This document shows, in pieces, positions 58,322 through 64,000 of a DNA stretch of 64,000 bases. The notes beneath the pieces were generated by a model. The model worked only from the letters and a program-made list of their open reading frames with translations. It made no database searches and was not told the origin of the DNA. The DNA lies in NCBI GenBank assembly GCA_963668355.1, contig OY764265.1, positions 1,632,001 through 1,696,000 on the forward strand. Direction: 5' to 3'. The stretch is from Bdellovibrionota bacterium (GTDB lineage: Bacteria > Bdellovibrionota_G > JALEGL01 > DATDPG01). The position numbers and the translations under genes are program-made. Numbering within the stretch: the first letter of the stretch is position 1; each line of letters starts with the position of its first letter.

Positions 58322-58537
58322 GCGCCCGATCAAGTCGTTTCTACAGGAATGTTTTCAGCCAAAACCTTCGCATTGTAGCCGAAGAGTCGATGAATCTTCG
58401 GCCAAACCGTCAAAACTTCAGTCTCTTCAGCGGATCATTGTGGACGGTTGTTTTTACGGCCTCGAAAAGAAGTTGATGTTCAAGGTGTCGGTCGTGAGAT
58501 GGATGCGTTTGTGTTCCCAATCAATGGAGGGAGAAGG

Positions 58538-60013
58538 ATGAGTCAAACGAAGGATATGAAAGAAATTACCCCACCTCAAACGGTCGCGGATCTTCCGGAT
58601 GAAATTGCCGAACGACCCGCATTGCAAGGGTTGGCGGATGTTCCGGTTCCTGAAGCCAAAAAAGACATTGTTCCTGAGAACGAATTGGAACATCGGGAAT
58701 TTGATGACTCACCGTTTTGGAGGCATATCCCCGAGTTCGCAGACGTTTCCAGAGAGGAATTCATGTCCTCACGTTTTCAAATGAAAAACAGCGTGACCGG
58801 GGCTGAGAAGCTTCGGGGATTGGTTTCTGGACTGACTTCGGAAGCCTTTTTGAACGACGTTGAAAAAGGGTTGAAAGAGGCTCCCATGAATGTGCGTGTA
58901 ACGCCCTATTTATTGAGCCTCATTGATTGGAAAAACCCTTACGCCGATCCCATTCGGATCCAGTTTTTGCCTGTGGCCTCCACGCGCCTACCGGATCATC
59001 CGCGATTGAGTTTGGACTCTTTGCACGAGCGGAATGATTCTCCCACGCCCGGTTTGGTTCATCGCTATCCCGATAAGGCTTTGTTCCTTCCCCTGGATGT
59101 GTGCCCGGTATACTGCCGTTTTTGTACCCGTAGTTACGCGATTGGTGGGAGCACAGACACTGTGGAGAAGGATGGTTACAAGCCGGTCAATGAACGTTGG
59201 GAGAGAGCCTTTGCCTATCTAGCGTCGCGACAAGAGATTGAAGATGTCGTGGTTTCAGGAGGAGATACCTATATGTTGCCTCCGGAGCGGTTACGCGAAA
59301 TTCTTTCGGTATTGCTCGACATTCCTCACATTCGTCGGGTGCGCATTGCCAGCAAAGGACCAGCAGTGATGCCCATGCGCATTCTCTCTGATACAAAATG
59401 GACGGACACATTGTGTGAAATGGTAGACGTTGGACGTAGACAGTCCAAGGAAGTGTGTTTGCACACGCACTTTAATTGTCCAGAAGAGATTACGGACGTG
59501 AGTCGTAAGGCCATGGACCTGTTGTTTAAACGAGGCGTGGTTGTTAGAAACCAGAGTGTGTTGATCCGCGGTGTGAATGATGATTCTGATCGCATGGCCA
59601 CGTTGGTCAAGCAGCTGTCTTGGATGAATGTACAACCTTACTATGTCTATCAACACGATATGGTTAAGGGTGTTGAGGAATTGCGCACTTCTCTGGATCA
59701 GAGCATGGAGGTCGAACGATCTGTGAGGGGCGTAACGGCTGGCTTTAATACGCCGACGTTTGTAACGGATGTGCCGGGTGGGGGTGGCAAGCGTGACCTG
59801 CACAGCTTCGATTACTACGATGACATCACAGGAGTGAGTGTGTATCGAAGTCCAGCGGTGGATGAAAGCAAAGCGTATTTGTACTTTGATCCCATTGATC
59901 AATTGCCAACCGAAGGTCAGGAACGTTGGGCAAGGCCGAAAGAACATCAGACGATTGTCAAAGAAGCCCTGTTGGCTGCGGGGCTATCCGGCAAGCGAGT
60001 GGCCACTCCTTAA
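58538..60013 (+). CDS. KamA-family radical SAM/PLP 2,3-aminomutase (lysine 2,3-aminomutase-like)
   Basis: GLVHRYPDKAL, CPVYCRFCTR, SGGD, HTHFN, NQSVLIRGVND, PYYVYQ and PGGGGK (PLP Lys). Start moved to ATG 58538 after GGAGGGAGAAGG. Confidence 0.9.
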   Translation: MSQTKDMKEITPPQTVADLPDEIAERPALQGLADVPVPEAKKDIVPENELEHREFDDSPFWRHIPEFADVSREEFMSSRFQMKNSVTGAEKLRGLVSGLTSEAFLNDVEKGLKEAPMNVRVTPYLLSLIDWKNPYADPIRIQFLPVASTRLPDHPRLSLDSLHERNDSPTPGLVHRYPDKALFLPLDVCPVYCRFCTRSYAIGGSTDTVEKDGYKPVNERWERAFAYLASRQEIEDVVVSGGDTYMLPPERLREILSVLLDIPHIRRVRIASKGPAVMPMRILSDTKWTDTLCEMVDVGRRQSKEVCLHTHFNCPEEITDVSRKAMDLLFKRGVVVRNQSVLIRGVNDDSDRMATLVKQLSWMNVQPYYVYQHDMVKGVEELRTSLDQSMEVERSVRGVTAGFNTPTFVTDVPGGGGKRDLHSFDYYDDITGVSVYRSPAVDESKAYLYFDPIDQLPTEGQERWARPKEHQTIVKEALLAAGLSGKRVATP

Positions 60014-60095
60014 TTTTTCGATTCAAGCAAAGAACGCTTAAAGGGTTTCTCTGTTCTGAGTCTTCTGCCTCACTTATAGTATTTACGACAAAGCC

Positions 60096-60821
60096 ATGAC
60101 TTCGTCTGATTTACATCCGAATCTGTCTCTGGTTGTGTTGGCCTTTAATGAAGAGGCCTGTGTCGAATCTTTTTTGAAGGATTGCCTGGCTTTTTTGAAT
60201 TCGTTGCCGGGGACCCACGAGGTGTTGTTTGTGAACGATGGCTCTACGGATCGGACGAAAGAAATCGCTGAAAAACTTTCGAGGGAGGATTCGCGTATTC
60301 GCGTGTTTTCTCATCCCAAAAATTTGGGGATGGGGGCGGGAATGCGTACGGGATATGCCAATGCTCGGGGTGACTACATCAGCATTTTGGCGGCAGATGG
60401 GCAAAATCCCCCAGACTCTCTCTTGGAGCTTATGCCCAAGCTCAAGGAGGCTGATTTTGTCTTATCCATATATCGAAATCTGCCTCATACGTTTGGCCGG
60501 TTCATCCTGTCGAAGGGGTTAAGGGGGCTCATTCGTTTGTTTTTTGGGGTCTCGTTTCGTTTGGAGGGAATTTATTTGTTTCCCTTGAAACCCTTTCGGG
60601 AACACATTGGTCTTGAAAATATTCGATCGGATACGTTCTTCTTTACGTTTGAACTCATCATTCTGGCCCTTAGGAGAGGTCTTTCCCATAAAACGGTTTC
60701 GGTGTTTGTGAAACCCCGATTGGCCGGAAGTTCAAAGGTAGCAAATACTTCCCGAATTTGGAGGATTTTTAAGGAGCTCTCCTGGTTCCGGTGGCGGCTT
60801 TTTTTCGAAAAAAAATCATAA
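60096..60821 (+). CDS. Glycosyltransferase family 2 (DPM1-like)
   Basis: LSLVVLAFNEE, VNDGSTD, HPKNLGMG, AADGQ and RLAGSSK. Confidence 0.9.
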   Translation: MTSSDLHPNLSLVVLAFNEEACVESFLKDCLAFLNSLPGTHEVLFVNDGSTDRTKEIAEKLSREDSRIRVFSHPKNLGMGAGMRTGYANARGDYISILAADGQNPPDSLLELMPKLKEADFVLSIYRNLPHTFGRFILSKGLRGLIRLFFGVSFRLEGIYLFPLKPFREHIGLENIRSDTFFFTFELIILALRRGLSHKTVSVFVKPRLAGSSKVANTSRIWRIFKELSWFRWRLFFEKKS

Positions 60822-60964
60822 GTTTTTAAATTTTTTATATCTTTTTTTGAACAAGCCCTATATACGCCCACACCTTGCTTGCGAGATTGAAAAATCCCTC
60901 AAGCAGGGCGTTTAAAAAACGGCGAAAAAAATCGATATTTATTCGTTTTTTTTAAAGTTTTTTG

Positions 60965-60993
60965 TTGACGCGGGTCGCGGGTTTGTTTACAAA
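60965..60993 (+). promoter_or_regulatory. rRNA operon promoter
   Basis: TTGACG-17 nt-TACAAA with a T-tract UP-like element upstream and a GC-rich discriminator; boxA-like TCTTTGAAAA near 61049. Confidence 0.6.
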
Positions 60994-61166
60994 CCGCGAC
61001 ACTTTCGGCCATTTTCTCGAAAGGGATTAAGTGGTTGAATTTGTTCGGTCTTTGAAAACTGAATAGCGAACAGTAAGGAAGCTTCGTGGGCCAAGTGCAA
61101 TTGACTTTTCAACCTCGAAAAACCCTCTTATCTGGGGGGCATGTATGGGGTTGATTCCAGAAAAAT

Positions 61167-62687
<1,521 letters not shown>

Positions 62688-62864
62688 TACGGAGAGTGGT
62701 GAAAATCACTCTGCCGAGGTCAAACACGAAGCAATTCTAGCCGAGCTCACTTACGTACTTGGCGTGAGCAAAGCGTTCGCTATTCAGTTTTTGGAGACCG
62801 AGCTTGATCTTTGAAAGCTCGAGAGGAAAAGGAATCGAAGGCCAAGTGAGCCTATGGCCGGAAG

Positions 62865-62941
62865 GGGCCTGTAGCTCAGTTGGTTAGAGCGTACGCCTGA
62901 TAAGCGTAAGGTCGGCCGTTCAAATCGGCCCAGGCCCACCA
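62865..62941 (+). tRNA. tRNA-Ile(GAU)
   Basis: GGGCCTG acceptor stem, CTGATAA anticodon loop, GTTCAAAT T-loop and encoded CCA; located in the 16S-23S spacer. Confidence 0.97.
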
Positions 62942-62950
62942 GATTTATCG

Positions 62951-63026
62951 GGGGGTGTAGCTCAGATGGGAGAGCGCCTGGTTTGCAACCAGGAGGTCAT
63001 CGGTTCGATCCCGTTCACCTCCACCA
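62951..63026 (+). tRNA. tRNA-Ala(UGC)
   Basis: GGGGGTG/CACCTCC acceptor with G3:U70, TTTGCAA anticodon loop, GTTCGAT T-loop and CCA. Confidence 0.97.
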
Positions 63027-63310
63027 GCCTTCGCTTGCCGGAGGCGAACGAAGGCTGTCACGCCGAAGCTTTAGCGAAGGCGGACATCCTGCCAGTTAAG
63101 TAGAAGCTACGGCTGGGCAGGCCAGATTCCTTCGGGTGAAATGATTTTTTTGTCGAATGTGTGAACATTGTTTCGGCAAAAAGAATTTCCGAAAGGGCAT
63201 GGCCCTTAGCGGAGCGATCTTTGAAAATTGCATATGTGAGATCATTTGATCAACATGATCAAATAGTAAAATGTTAATAATACTTCTTTGGATATTCTTT
63301 CCAATTTGGT

Positions 63311-64000
<690 letters not shown>

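Noticed and set aside
58538..60013. EF-P beta-lysylation enzyme EpmB
   Set aside because: At about 490 aa it is much longer than typical EpmB, and no efp or epmA is adjacent; left as generic KamA family.

Overview
Bacterial chromosomal window, deltaproteobacteria-like (Bdellovibrionota/Myxococcota-type gene content; the exact lineage cannot be fixed without a 16S search). It is gene-dense, with no recognisable mobile element or CRISPR. Main content, in order: DPP III peptidase, a LolA-like/TlpA fusion, a DASS transporter, threonine dehydrogenase, a sigma54-type-promoter-driven pair of minor pilins (one giant PilX-like), perR-ahpC, and a ZZ-zinc-finger bacterial histone. A complete alternative complex III operon (actABCDEFG) follows, then an intact but catalytically rewired heme-copper oxidase subunit II/I pair. 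Next come a DUF134/NifX/MinD-ferredoxin/radical SAM operon, cytochrome bd, a cbb3 oxidase cluster, two Cys-TM-Arg-tailed surface proteins, a deacetylase/ATP-grasp/KamA/GT2 cluster, and the start of an rRNA operon (16S, tRNA-Ile, tRNA-Ala, partial 23S). Best leads: (1) the ACIII-linked oxidase homolog has lost CuA, the high-spin heme His, the cross-linked Tyr and the proton channels but keeps five of six His ligands; (2) two in-frame UGA codons followed by SECIS-like hairpins (a secreted rhodanese and an FmdB-family protein), suggesting selenoproteins missed by the ORF track; (3) a 20-bp palindromic operator repeated in three promoters, a candidate DUF134 regulon; (4) a ZZ-histone gene with an internal ribosome-binding site that could also yield a stand-alone Bd0055-like histone. 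All product calls come from motif recognition by eye, with no database searches.
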